This document shows, one piece after another, positions 31,541 through 40,958 of a DNA stretch of 64,000 nt (positions within the stretch are counted from its first letter, which is position 1; every line of letters begins with the position of its first letter). The notes below the pieces were generated by a model. The model had not been told where the DNA came from and searched no databases. It was given only the letters and a program-made list of their open reading frames with translations. A program made the translations under genes and the position numbers. The stretch covers positions 390,235-454,234 of the forward strand of contig CAWIOR010000015.1 of the NCBI GenBank assembly GCA_963837825.1, in the 5' to 3' direction. Source of the stretch: an uncultured Chloroflexia bacterium (lineage in GTDB: Bacteria > Chloroflexota > Limnocylindria > Limnocylindrales > CSP1-4).

Positions 31541-32697
31541 CCCGGTCCCCGCCATCGAGCTCCTCGACGCCACGAAGCGCTACGGCGACGCGGTCGCCCT
31601 CGACGACGTGTCGCTGGAGATCGCGCCCGGCGAGTTCTTCTGCCTCCTGGGCCCGTCGGGCTGCGGCAAGACGACGACCCTCAACCTCATCGGCGGCTTC
31701 ATCCCGCTGACCGCGGGCGAGCTGCGCATCGAGGGCCGGCGGGTCAACGACCTGCCGCCCCACAAGCGCAACGTCAACACGGTGTTCCAGAACTACGCCC
31801 TCTTCCCGCACATGACGGTCGCCCAGAACGTCGCCTTCGGGCTGCGGATGGAGGGCCTCGGCACGGCCGAGATCGAGCGCACGGGTCGCGTGAGTACCTC
31901 GAGCTGGTCGGGCTGCGCGGGTTCGTCGATCGGCTGCCCGCCCAGCTGTCCGGCGGCCAGCAGCAGCGGGTCGCGCTCGCCCGGGCGCTGGCCAAGCAGC
32001 CCGCCGTCCTGCTCCTCGACGAGCCGCTCGGCGCGCTCGACCTCAAGCTGCGCAAGCAGATGCAGACGGAGCTGTCGCGGATCCATCGCCAGGTGGGCAC
32101 GACCTTCGTGTTCGTCACCCACGACCAGGAGGAGGCGCTCTCGATGGCGACCCGGATCGCGGTCATGTCGGACGGCAAGGTGATCCAGATCGGAACGCCC
32201 CGCGAGGTCTACTACCGGCCGGTGGACCGGTTCGTGGCCGACTTCATCGGCGAGACGAACTTCCTCGACGGGATCGCCCGACCTGGAGCGACGGGCGACC
32301 GGCTGTTCGCGCTCGCTGCCGGCGGCCGCGTGGCGGCGCCGACCGGTTCGCAGCGACGGGTCCGGCCACCCTGATGGTGCGGCCCGGAGTCGCTGGCGCT
32401 CCGGCGTCCCGACGCCGGCGCGCAGGGTCCCGGGCATCGTCGGGCGGATCGTGCAATATCGCGTTCCTGGGCAACCACACCCGGATCACGGTCGCCACGA
32501 GCGTCGGCGACCATCGTCGTGCGTCCGACCGCACGAGACGAGCGCTCACGCAGGACGATCAGGAGGAGAAGCTCGGGGAGGAGGTATGCGTATGGTGGCA
32601 CGCCGACGATGCGGCCTTGATCTCTGACGGACCAGTACCGGAAGGAGCACGGAATGGATCGACCTGGCGAGGGAGCTCAGCCGACGGCAGTTCCTGA
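31533..32697 (+). pseudogene. ABC transporter ATP-binding protein, PotA/spermidine-putrescine type (frameshifted as assembled; 3' end uncertain)
   Basis: Walker [50 protein letters not shown] and the TOBE-like tail [11 protein letters not shown]. Confidence 0.8.
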
Positions 32698-33842
32698 AGG
32701 CGACCGGTGCGGTCTCCGCCGCCGTCGGGCTCGGCGGGGTCGCAGCGGCCTGCTCGACCGCGGGCAGCACCGCGACGCCCACCACCGCCCCGCCCAGCAC
32801 AGCCCCGGGCAGCACGGCGCCCAGCGCGGCCCCGGCCACGGCCGCGCCGACCGGCACGTTCAACTGGATGACCTGGAGCGACCACTGGTACCAGGCGCAG
32901 CTCGACGCGGATCGGCGCCAGCGCCAACATCAAGACGAACATCACCGAGCTGGCCGACAACGCCGACGGGTTCACCAAGCTCAAGGAGGTCGGCGGCCAG
33001 CTCGACATGATCTCGGGCGACGCGCTGTGGGTCCCGAAGTACTTCGAGGACGGGCCTCATCGAGGCCTGGGACATCAACGAGCTCGAGGTCTCCAAGCAG
33101 CTCTACTCGATCGCCCGGGAGTTCGAGATCTGGACGAAGCCGGAGGGCTACCTCGGGTATCCGTTCGGCTGGTCGCCGGTCCAGATCTACTACGACCCGG
33201 CGTACGTCTCGCCGGCGACCCGACTCGTGGGAGGTCCTGCTCGACCCGAAGTACGCCAAGCGGGTCATGGTCGAGAACCAGCCGGTCGAGGTCATGGCCT
33301 ACATGGGCAAGCTGGCCGGCGTCGCGGACCCGTACAACATGACCCCGGACGAGCTCGCCAAGGCCAAGGACCTGGCTGATCCAGCTCAAGCCGAACATCC
33401 TCCGGCTCGCCCAGCAGAACACCGACACGATCGCCGCGCTCAAGACCGGCGAGGTCTGGCATCGCGACCGGCAACCTCGGGACCGACGACCCGGGTCAAG
33501 GACCAGGGCGGTCCGGAGCTGAAGGTCTTCACGCCCAAGGAGGGGACCATCGGCTGGATGGACGCCGAGATGATCGTCAAGGGCGGCGCCAACACGAACC
33601 TGATCCTGCCCGTTCCTCGAGCTGGCCGAGCAGGCCGAGTACATCGCCGAGAACTTCTCCTGAACGGCCGGCCGCTGTTCAACGAGAAGGCCTACAAGCT
33701 GCTCGTCAACCAGGGCCAGCAGGAGCGGGCCGACCGGTTCCTGTACAACAAGCCGGAGACGGTCCTGACGATGACCCTCAAGGGCCCGGGCGCGTCGACG
33801 CAGGCGGCGATCGACGCCTTCAACGAGGTCTTCGGCGCCTAG
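32654..33842 (+). pseudogene. ABC transporter substrate-binding lipoprotein, PotD/PotF-like (frameshifted as assembled)
   Basis: The ATG at 32654 lies 6 nt after ggaaggag. The TAT/lipobox signal RRQFLKATGAVSAAVGLGGVAAACS becomes readable after a 1-nt shift immediately downstream of the ATG. Further segments: FNWMTWSDHWY, LDMISGDALWVPKYFEDG and WSPVQIYYDP. Confidence 0.75.
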
Positions 33843-33868
33843 CCCGCGGACGGCGCGGTTCGAGATCG

Positions 33869-34793
33869 ATGGACCACGGGACTCGCCAGCGGGGCCGACA
33901 CGGCCCCGCTGGCAGGAGCCGGACTGAGCGGCGCGGCGACCGGCTGGGACGGGCGGCCCCGTTCCTGCCGGGCCTCGCCGTGCTCGTCTTCCTGTTCCTC
34001 GTCCCGATGGCCTTCATGGTCGTCTTCAGCTTCTGGCGGACGAACCAGAACTTCGACCTGGTGCCGGACTGGAACCTGGACAACTACGTCAAGTTCTTCA
34101 CCGTGCCGACCTACCTGCGCACGTTCGCCAAGACCCTGGTCATGGCCAGCGCGGTGACCCTGGTCGGCCTGGCCACCGCGCTGCCGTTCGCCTACTTCCT
34201 GGTCCGCTACGTCAGCCGGCGCTGGCAGCGGGTCGTCCTGCTGGCGGTCATCGTGCCGTTCTGGACGAGCTACCTGCTGCGGGTCTACGCCTGGCAGGCG
34301 ATCCTCGGCGAGCACGGGGCGTTCAACCAGCTGCTCCATGGCGCATCGGCCTGATCAAGGAGCCGTCGCGCCTGTTCGTCTACAACGACCTGGGCGTGTT
34401 CATCGTCCTCGTCTACGTCTACTTCCCGTTCGCGGCGCTGGCGCTCTACGCGGCGCTCGAGAAGTTCGACTTCGCCCAGCTGAACGCGGCCCAGGACCTC
34501 GGGGCGCGGCCGGACCAGGCGTTCCGCTACATCCTCCTGCCCCAGATCCGGGCGGGCATCATCACGGCCTGCATCTTCGTGTTCATCCCGATCCTCGGCG
34601 AGTTCCTGACGCCGACGCTGGTCGGCGGCGCCGCAGGGCGTGCCTGATCGCGAACCTGATCGTGAACTTCTTCCGGGGTGCCCAGATCGCGGAGGGCGCC
34701 GCGATGGCCATCGTCATCGCCGCCTTCGTCACGGTGGTCCTGATCGTCTTCCGGCGCTACCTGCGGGTCGAGGACGTGGTGGCCCGTGGCTAG
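33869..34793 (+). pseudogene. ABC transporter permease, PotB-like (frameshifted as assembled)
   Basis: LPGLAVLVFLFLVPMAFMVVFSFW. EAA-loop region AAQDLGARPDQAFRYILLPQIRAGI. The pieces lie in three frames. Confidence 0.75.
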
Positions 34794-35658
34794 ATCGATC
34801 GAGCCCGCTCGAGACGATGCCGGTCAGCCCGTACGCCCGCCAGACGCGCTGGTTGTTGCGGTCCTCGCGGCGATCGTCCTGGCGTTCCTGTACCTGCCGA
34901 TCGTGTTCCTCGTCCTGTTCTCGTTCGAGGAGGCGTCGACCGCCCGGTCTCCCGATCACCGGCCTGACCCTGCACTGGTACCTGAAGATGCTGTCGGACA
35001 GCGCCGATCCAGACCGCCGTCTTCAACTCGGTGATCGTGGCCGCGGCGGTGGCGGTGCTGGCCACGATCATCGGGACGATGGCCGCCTTCCCGCTGGTCC
35101 GCGGCGGCATCCGCTATCCCGGGCGCCGCGCGGCTCGCTGTTCACGATGCCGATCATGCTCCCGGGCGTCCTGCTCGGGATCGGGCTGCTCATCTTCTTC
35201 CGCCGGGTCGCTCGACCTGAACCTGTCCCTGCTGACGGTCGATCGCCGGGCACCTGGTCTTCACGACGCCGTTCGTCGTCCTCATCGTCGCGGCCCGGCT
35301 CCAGGGCTTCGACCGGCGCCTGGAGTGGGCCGCCGCCGACCTCGGGGCAGACAGCCGGGCGACGCTCCGGCACATCGTCCTGCCGCTCATCTCGCCGGCG
35401 ATCATCGCCGGGGCGCTCCTCAGCGTGACCCTGTCGATCGACGAGTTCGTGATCACCTTCTTCACGATCGGGCCGCAGCTGACCCTGCCGCTCTTCATCT
35501 ACACCCAGATCAAGTTCGGGGTGACCCCGGAGGTCAACGCCGTGGCCACGGTCATCCTGGTCGTGACCCTGGCTGTCTTCGGGCTGGGCTCGCTCGTGCT
35601 GTCGCGCGGCCGACGCCTGCTCCGACCTCACCACGGCTCGACGGAAGGGAAGGCCTGA
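34786..35658 (+). pseudogene. ABC transporter permease, PotC-like (frameshifted as assembled)
   Basis: LAFLYLPIVFLVLFSF. EAA-loop region AAADLGADSRATLRHIVLPLISPAI. Also LSIDEFVITFFTIGPQLTLPLFIYTQIKFGVTPEVNA. Confidence 0.75.
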
Positions 35659-36659
35659 TGCGCGGAGCGGTCTTCGAGGGCGAGGGACGGCTGGTCGTCC
35701 GCGACGTGGCGGACCCGACGCCCGGGCCCGAGGAGGTCCTCATCGAGGTCGAGGCGTGCGGCGTGTGCGGCTCCGACGTCCAGATCATCAACGTGCCGCC
35801 GGGTCACCCGTCGACCCCGCCGGTGATCATCGGCCACGAGTTCGTCGGACGGATCCGGGCCGCCGGCACGGCCGTTCGAGACGCCACGATCGGGGCGCGG
35901 GTCGTCGTCGACCCGGATCCCAAGTGCGGGGCGTGCGACTCGTGCCGGGCCGGTCGACCGGCCAACTGCACGAACATCGTGGCCCTCGGGGTCTACCGGG
36001 ACGGCGCCCTGGCCCGCTTCGTGACCGCTCCGGCCAACAGCGTCTACCCGATCTCGGAGGACGTGCCGGCCGAGCTCGCCGCGCTCGTCGAGCCGCTCGC
36101 CTGCGTCGTCAACGGGACGAACCGCGCGGCGATCCGCCCCGGCGAGACGGCCGTCGTGTTCGGCGCCGGCGCGATCGGCTGCCTCTTCGTCGCCGTCTTC
36201 CGGGCGTCCGGGGCGGCCCGGATCGTGGCCGTCGAGCCGAGCCGGCAGCGGGCCCCGGTCGCGCGGGCGGTCGGGGCCGACGAGGTCGTCACCCCGGACG
36301 AGTGGGCCGCCCGCCGCGAGGAGCTCGTGCCGGGCGGCGCGGACGTCGTCGTCGACGCCGTCGGGAGCGTCCTGCCCCAGGCGATCGAGGCGGCCAGGAT
36401 GGGCGCCCGGGTCGTCATCTTCGGGATGAACGGGAACGCACGCCCGCCGGTCCACCAGATCGAGATCGTCGAGAAGGGCCTGACGATCCTCGGCTCGTAC
36501 ATCAGCAACTTCACCTTCCCGGCCGCGATCCGCCTCGTGGAGAGCGGCCAGCTCAACCTCGCCCCGATGATCAGCGCCGTCATCCCGCTCGACGAGACCG
36601 AGGCCGGGATCGCCCGGATCCGCTCGGGCGAGGCGGTCAAGGTCGTCATCAAGCCGTAG
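35658..36659 (+). CDS. Zinc-dependent alcohol/polyol dehydrogenase (MDR family)
   Basis: Intact 333 aa. Contains CGVCGSDV, GHEFVGRI, structural-Zn cysteines CGACDSCRAGRPANC and the Rossmann motif VFGAGAIG. The ATG overlaps the upstream TGA. Confidence 0.85.
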   Translation: MRGAVFEGEGRLVVRDVADPTPGPEEVLIEVEACGVCGSDVQIINVPPGHPSTPPVIIGHEFVGRIRAAGTAVRDATIGARVVVDPDPKCGACDSCRAGRPANCTNIVALGVYRDGALARFVTAPANSVYPISEDVPAELAALVEPLACVVNGTNRAAIRPGETAVVFGAGAIGCLFVAVFRASGAARIVAVEPSRQRAPVARAVGADEVVTPDEWAARREELVPGGADVVVDAVGSVLPQAIEAARMGARVVIFGMNGNARPPVHQIEIVEKGLTILGSYISNFTFPAAIRLVESGQLNLAPMISAVIPLDETEAGIARIRSGEAVKVVIKP

Positions 36660-36684
36660 CCGCGTCCCGGACTGGGAGGTACCC

Positions 36685-37614
36685 GTGTCGTCGGATCCGC
36701 TGCCCGTCGCCAGCGCGCCGGTCTCGTTCGGGGTCGACGAGATCATCGCCGGCGACGCCTGGATGCCCGGCCCCGAGGACATGCTCGACTGGATGGTCGA
36801 CATCGGCTACGAGGGGACCGAGCTCGGACCGCCGGGCTTCCTCGGGGATGCGGAGCAGGTCCGCGCGCGGCTGGGGTCGCGCGGGCTCCAGCTCGTCGGG
36901 GCGTTCCTCCCCCAGCACTTCAGCCGGGACGAGAAGGCCGACGCCGACCGGGCCTGGCTGCGCGACAGCCTCCGCCTCGTCCGCGACGGCGCCCCCGAGG
37001 GCTCGCACCCGTTCGCGATCCTGTGCGACGGGTTCGATGAGCCCGAGCGGCTGGCGTTCTCCGGGCGGATCCAGGAGCACCCCGAGGCCTGGCTGCCGCC
37101 GGCCCGGTTCGAGACGCTCATCGCCAACCTCCACCGGGCGGCCGAGCTGTGCCGGACCGAGGGCTTCGAGGTCGTCCTTCATCCCCACGCCGGGACGTAC
37201 GTCGAGACCGCCGACGAGATCGCCCGGGTGATGGACCGGCTCGACCCCGCGCTCCTGGGGCTGTGCCTGGACACCGGCCACTTCCGGTTCGGCGGGGCGG
37301 ACCCGACCCGGGCCGTCCACGACTACCACGAGCTGATCCGGCACGTCCACATCAAGGACTGCACGACGAAGGTGATGGACGACGTGAAGGCCGAGGGGAA
37401 GGGCCTCGAGGAGGCCCTCAGCCGGGGCGTCTTCACCGAGCTCGGTCGGGGCGACTCGGGGATCGACTCGGTGATCGAGGCGCTCCGGTCCCACGACTAC
37501 CGGGGCTGGCTGGTGATCGAGCAGGACCAGTTCCTCCGGGCCACCGACACGCCCGAGTCGGTCGTCGCCGTCCAGCGCCGGAACCGCGAGTATCTCGGCC
37601 GGTTCGGGATCTGA
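36685..37614 (+). CDS. Xylose-isomerase-like TIM-barrel protein, IolE (inosose dehydratase)-like
   Basis: Intact 309 aa. Contains PVSFGVDEI...GYEGTELGPPGFLGD, VVLHPHAGTYVE, LCLDTGHF, VHIKDC and WLVIEQD. Confidence 0.75.
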   Translation: MSSDPLPVASAPVSFGVDEIIAGDAWMPGPEDMLDWMVDIGYEGTELGPPGFLGDAEQVRARLGSRGLQLVGAFLPQHFSRDEKADADRAWLRDSLRLVRDGAPEGSHPFAILCDGFDEPERLAFSGRIQEHPEAWLPPARFETLIANLHRAAELCRTEGFEVVLHPHAGTYVETADEIARVMDRLDPALLGLCLDTGHFRFGGADPTRAVHDYHELIRHVHIKDCTTKVMDDVKAEGKGLEEALSRGVFTELGRGDSGIDSVIEALRSHDYRGWLVIEQDQFLRATDTPESVVAVQRRNREYLGRFGI

Positions 37615-37627
37615 CGCCCTGTCGACG

Positions 37628-38140
37628 ATGCGTGCCCTGACCCCGGCCGAGGCGGGCTTCCTGGCCGCCGCGCGGACCGCCGTCCTGGCCACGACCGATC
37701 CGGCGGGCCGCCCACGGCTCGTCCCGATCTGCTTCGTGGTGCCCGCCCCCGAGGCGGGCGATGCCGCCGCCCCGCTGCTGTACACGCCGCTCGACGACAA
37801 GCCGAAGCGGGTCGCCGATCCGCACGTGCTCGCCAGGGTCCGCGACATCGCCGCCCGCCCCGCGGTGACCGTGCTGGTCGACCGCTGGGACGAGGACTGG
37901 AGCCGCCTCGCCTGGCTCCGTCTCCGCGGTCAGGCCGAGCTGCTCGAGCCGGACGGCGCGGACGGCGCGACGGAGCGGGTCATCGCCATCGCGGCCCTCC
38001 GCGCCAAGTACCCCCAGTACGCGAGCCACGACCTCGAGTCGAGCCCGCTGATCCGGATGACGATCTCGGATGCGACCTCATGGGGCGATCTCGCCGGCGG
38101 CGTCGGTGGCGGGGCTGGTGGCCCGCGACCGGGGGGCTGA
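37628..38140 (+). CDS. PPOX-class (pyridoxamine 5'-phosphate oxidase-like) probable F420-dependent enzyme
   Basis: Intact 170 aa. Contains FLAAARTAVLATTDPAGRPRLVPICF and DRWDEDWSRLAWLRLRGQAELL. Confidence 0.65.
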   Translation: MRALTPAEAGFLAAARTAVLATTDPAGRPRLVPICFVVPAPEAGDAAAPLLYTPLDDKPKRVADPHVLARVRDIAARPAVTVLVDRWDEDWSRLAWLRLRGQAELLEPDGADGATERVIAIAALRAKYPQYASHDLESSPLIRMTISDATSWGDLAGGVGGGAGGPRPGG

Positions 38141-38248
38141 CGGTCGCGGCGCCGAGTCCAACGCGCCGTTCGCGCGCTGCCGAATGGCACTGGCGGCCTG
38201 CGCGAGCGACGGGCGACACTCCGATCCAATTCGCGAAGGGAGGAACGG

Positions 38249-38470
38249 ATGGATCGGCGACGCGGCTTCGACCTGGGGGCGCTCCTGTTCGGGGCGATCC
38301 TGCTCCTGGTCGGAGGCTACTACCTGCTCACGAAGACGTTCGGGGTCGACCTGCCCGACCTGGACTGGGACCAGATCTGGCCGCTGTTCGTCATCGCCCT
38401 GGGCGCCGGGATCCTGTGGAAGGCGATCGGGGGCCGGTCCGAGGCCAGCCCGCCCGGCCCACCGAGCTGA
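38249..38470 (+). CDS. Small membrane protein (two TM helices, LiaF/DUF5668-like)
   Basis: 73-aa ORF. Contains GALLFGAILLLVGGYYLL and IWPLFVIALGAGILW. Preceded by gaagggagg. Confidence 0.5.
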   Translation: MDRRRGFDLGALLFGAILLLVGGYYLLTKTFGVDLPDLDWDQIWPLFVIALGAGILWKAIGGRSEASPPGPPS

Positions 38471-38473
38471 TCG

Positions 38474-39520
38474 TCAGCCGGCCAGTCGCTCGGCGAGGTA
38501 TCTGATCGCGATCGGGTAGCGGTACTCGATCGCGCCGTGCTTGGCGTCGAACAGCTCGAAGAACGGCTCGGGCGCACCGGCGTCCGTGCACGCCCGCCGG
38601 AAGGCCTCGGCCCCGAGGTCGAGGTAGTACTCGTCCCGGCTGCCCGCGTCGATGTAGATCGCCCGGAGCGAGCGGAGCGCGGCCGCGCCGTCGGCGGTGC
38701 GCGCCATCCGGACCGGATCCCAGCGAAGCCAGCGCGCCCAGACCTCCTGGATCAGCTCACCGGTCGCGGCGTCGAACGGGAAGCGGATCGTGCCATCGTC
38801 GTCGGCCGAATAGCAGGCGGCCATCGCGTACTCGTTGACCAGGACGTCGTCGCCGGGACGCGACAACGCCGGGCGGCTCCGGACGTCGGCCAGCCAGCCC
38901 TCCCAGGAGCCGTCGTAGTGGTCGCGCAACACCCGGGCGCAGGCCGCGAACTCCGGCTGGTAGCAGCACTCGAACAGGGCATCGCCGGCGTGGGTCGCCA
39001 GGCCGCCCCACAGGTCGGGCCGGAGCATCGGCGTGACCATCGCCCCGTAGCCACCGCTCGACTTGCCGGCGATCCCGCGGTGCTCGCGGGCCGGAAGCGT
39101 CCGGTACCGCCCGTCGACGAACGGGACGACCTCATCGCACAGATAGCTGTGATAGCGGCCGGTGCCCGGCGAGTCGAGGAACTGGCTGCCCCCGAACGAG
39201 GTCCAGCAGTCGACGAACACGACGATCGCCGGCGGTGGTGCGCCCTCCCCCGGCCCTTCCCCCGCGAACAGCGCATCGACGTTCTCCGGCGTCGTCGGCC
39301 GGAAGGCTGACCGGTTCCGCCACATGTCGAGCTGCCCGGTCATCCCCTGGATGAGGTAGATCGACGGGTAGCGCCGGGCCGGCTCGTCGTCGTAGCCGGG
39401 CGGGAGGTAGACCCACAGCGGCCGCTCGGTCGGGTCCCCGAGCGGGTTCCCGGCCAGGGCCGCGCTGTCGATCGTCAGCTCGTCGATCCGCCCCGCGAAC
39501 CGCCTCGACCAGGGACGCAC
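38474..39520 (-). CDS. Esterase-family (enterochelin esterase-like) alpha/beta hydrolase
   Basis: Uninterrupted. The GTG at 39520 lies 5 nt after ggagg. Contains RPLWVYLPPGYDD, YPSIYLIQGMTG and the nucleophile elbow IAGKSSGGYGA. Confidence 0.75.
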   Translation of the reverse strand: MRPWSRRFAGRIDELTIDSAALAGNPLGDPTERPLWVYLPPGYDDEPARRYPSIYLIQGMTGQLDMWRNRSAFRPTTPENVDALFAGEGPGEGAPPPAIVVFVDCWTSFGGSQFLDSPGTGRYHSYLCDEVVPFVDGRYRTLPAREHRGIAGKSSGGYGAMVTPMLRPDLWGGLATHAGDALFECCYQPEFAACARVLRDHYDGSWEGWLADVRSRPALSRPGDDVLVNEYAMAACYSADDDGTIRFPFDAATGELIQEVWARWLRWDPVRMARTADGAAALRSLRAIYIDAGSRDEYYLDLGAEAFRRACTDAGAPEPFFELFDAKHGAIEYRYPIAIRYLAERLAG

Positions 39521-39579
39521 GACCACCTCCGCACGGCAAGCTCGTGAGCCACTGTATCCGCCGCGATCCCGGGACGAAA

Positions 39580-39618
39580 GGCTATTGACATTAGCCGTCA
39601 TGGCTAGGTAAAATAGCC
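39580..39618 (+). promoter_or_regulatory. Sigma-70-type promoter (TTGACA-18 nt-TAAAAT) overlaid by two GGCTA-N7-TAGCC palindromes; candidate TetR operator
   Basis: ggctaTTGACAttagcc gtcat ggctaggTAAAATagcc read directly. It lies 44 nt upstream of the DUF4260-TetR operon ATG and is the AT-richest patch in the region. Confidence 0.55.
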
Positions 39619-39661
39619 ATCGACGCTCGGGCAGCAGGCCCGACCGACCAGGGAGACCATC

Positions 39662-40096
39662 ATGACCACGTCGATCGCCCTCACCGCCCCGACCGTCGAG
39701 ACCCCGGCCCGGGCGCAGGATCGCGGACCGTCGCTCGACGGCCGGGTCCTCGGCTGGCTGCGCCTCGAGGGGGTTGCGGCCATCGTCGCCGGGATCGCCC
39801 TCTATGCCCGGCTCGGCGGCGACTGGCTGTGGTTCGTCCCCGCGCTCGTCCTCGTGGACGCGTCGATGATCGGCTACCTCCGGAGCGCCCGGCTCGGCGC
39901 GTTGACCTACGACCTCGCCCACAACTGGGCGACCGGGCTGGCGGTCCTCGGGCTGGGCCTCGGGCTGGACGTCCCGGTCGTGGCGCTGGCCGGTGCGGTC
40001 CTCGTCGCCCACACCGGCGTCGACCGCTCGCTGGGCTACGGACTGAAGCTCGCGACCGGGTTCAAGGACACGCACCTCGGACGGATCGGCCGGTGA
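39662..40096 (+). CDS. DUF4260 family membrane protein
   Basis: Intact 144 aa. Contains LRLEGVAAIVAGIALY, VDASMIGYL, YDLAHNW and HTGVDRSLGYGLK. RBS gggaga. Confidence 0.65.
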   Translation: MTTSIALTAPTVETPARAQDRGPSLDGRVLGWLRLEGVAAIVAGIALYARLGGDWLWFVPALVLVDASMIGYLRSARLGALTYDLAHNWATGLAVLGLGLGLDVPVVALAGAVLVAHTGVDRSLGYGLKLATGFKDTHLGRIGR

Positions 40097-40668
40097 GCCC
40101 GGCCCCGGCCCGGACGTCCCGGGCGGCGATCGTCGCGGCCGCCCGGGCGCTGCTCGAGGATGGGGGCCTGGATGCGCTGACGATGCAGGCCGTCGCCGAC
40201 CGGGTCGGCGTCCGCGCACCGTCGCTCTACAAGCGCTTCCCCGGTCGCCCGGCGCTCATCGCCGCCGTCGCCGGGGACGTCGCGGCCGAGCTCGACGCGG
40301 TCGTCGCCTCCGCGCTCGAGGTCCCGGATCCGGCGCAGGCGGCGCATGTCCTGGCCGATCGCTACCGGGCGTTCGCCCGTCGCTCGCCGGGCGCCTACCA
40401 GCTCCTGTTCAGCCGGCTCCTGCCCGAGGCGCACCCGACGGCCGAGCAGAACGCGGCCGGGGCGGCCGGCCTCCTGCTCATCGCCGAGCGGCTGGCCGGA
40501 CGGGAGCGGGCCCTCGAGACCGCCCGACTCCTGACCGCCTTCGCCCACGGCTTCGCCAGCATGGAGCTGGCCGGAGCGTTCCGGCTCGGCGGTGACGTGG
40601 ACGCCGCGTATCGGTTCGCGATCAACGCCATCGTGGCCGGGGTCAGTGCGACGGGCCGCTCGGCCTGA
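40093..40668 (+). CDS. TetR/AcrR-family transcriptional regulator
   Basis: The GTG overlaps the upstream TGA (GTGA). HTH LDALTMQAVADRVGVRAPSLYKRFPGRPAL. Confidence 0.85.
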   Translation: MSPAPARTSRAAIVAAARALLEDGGLDALTMQAVADRVGVRAPSLYKRFPGRPALIAAVAGDVAAELDAVVASALEVPDPAQAAHVLADRYRAFARRSPGAYQLLFSRLLPEAHPTAEQNAAGAAGLLLIAERLAGRERALETARLLTAFAHGFASMELAGAFRLGGDVDAAYRFAINAIVAGVSATGRSA

Positions 40669-40958
40669 GCGGACGACGGATGCGGCGAGCAGCGCCGCTT
40701 CGGGCGGCCCGACGCTGCGGCGGTCTCGAGAACGGACGCGCCCGACCAAGGCAGCGCCGCAGCAGGACCGGTTGGGTTCCGCGCTCCGTGACCCACAGGA
40801 CGACGACGGCGTCGTAGACCGCCGCGTCGATGGCGAGGGCCAGGATCTCTGCCTGTGTCATCGCCCGATGGTGGCCGACTCCGGTCCGGCGCGGCATCGC
40901 CCGAACGGGCTATCGGGTCACCCCAGGACCTGCCCGGGGTCAGGAGGACACCCCCGGC

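Noticed and set aside
40643-40897. 84-aa ORF between TetR and corA (MTQAEILALAIDAAVYDAVVVLWVTERG...).
   Set aside because: Only the first ~35 residues look protein-like and the rest is Arg/Pro-rich. It overlaps the 3' end of the TetR gene, and I recognised neither an RBS nor a family.
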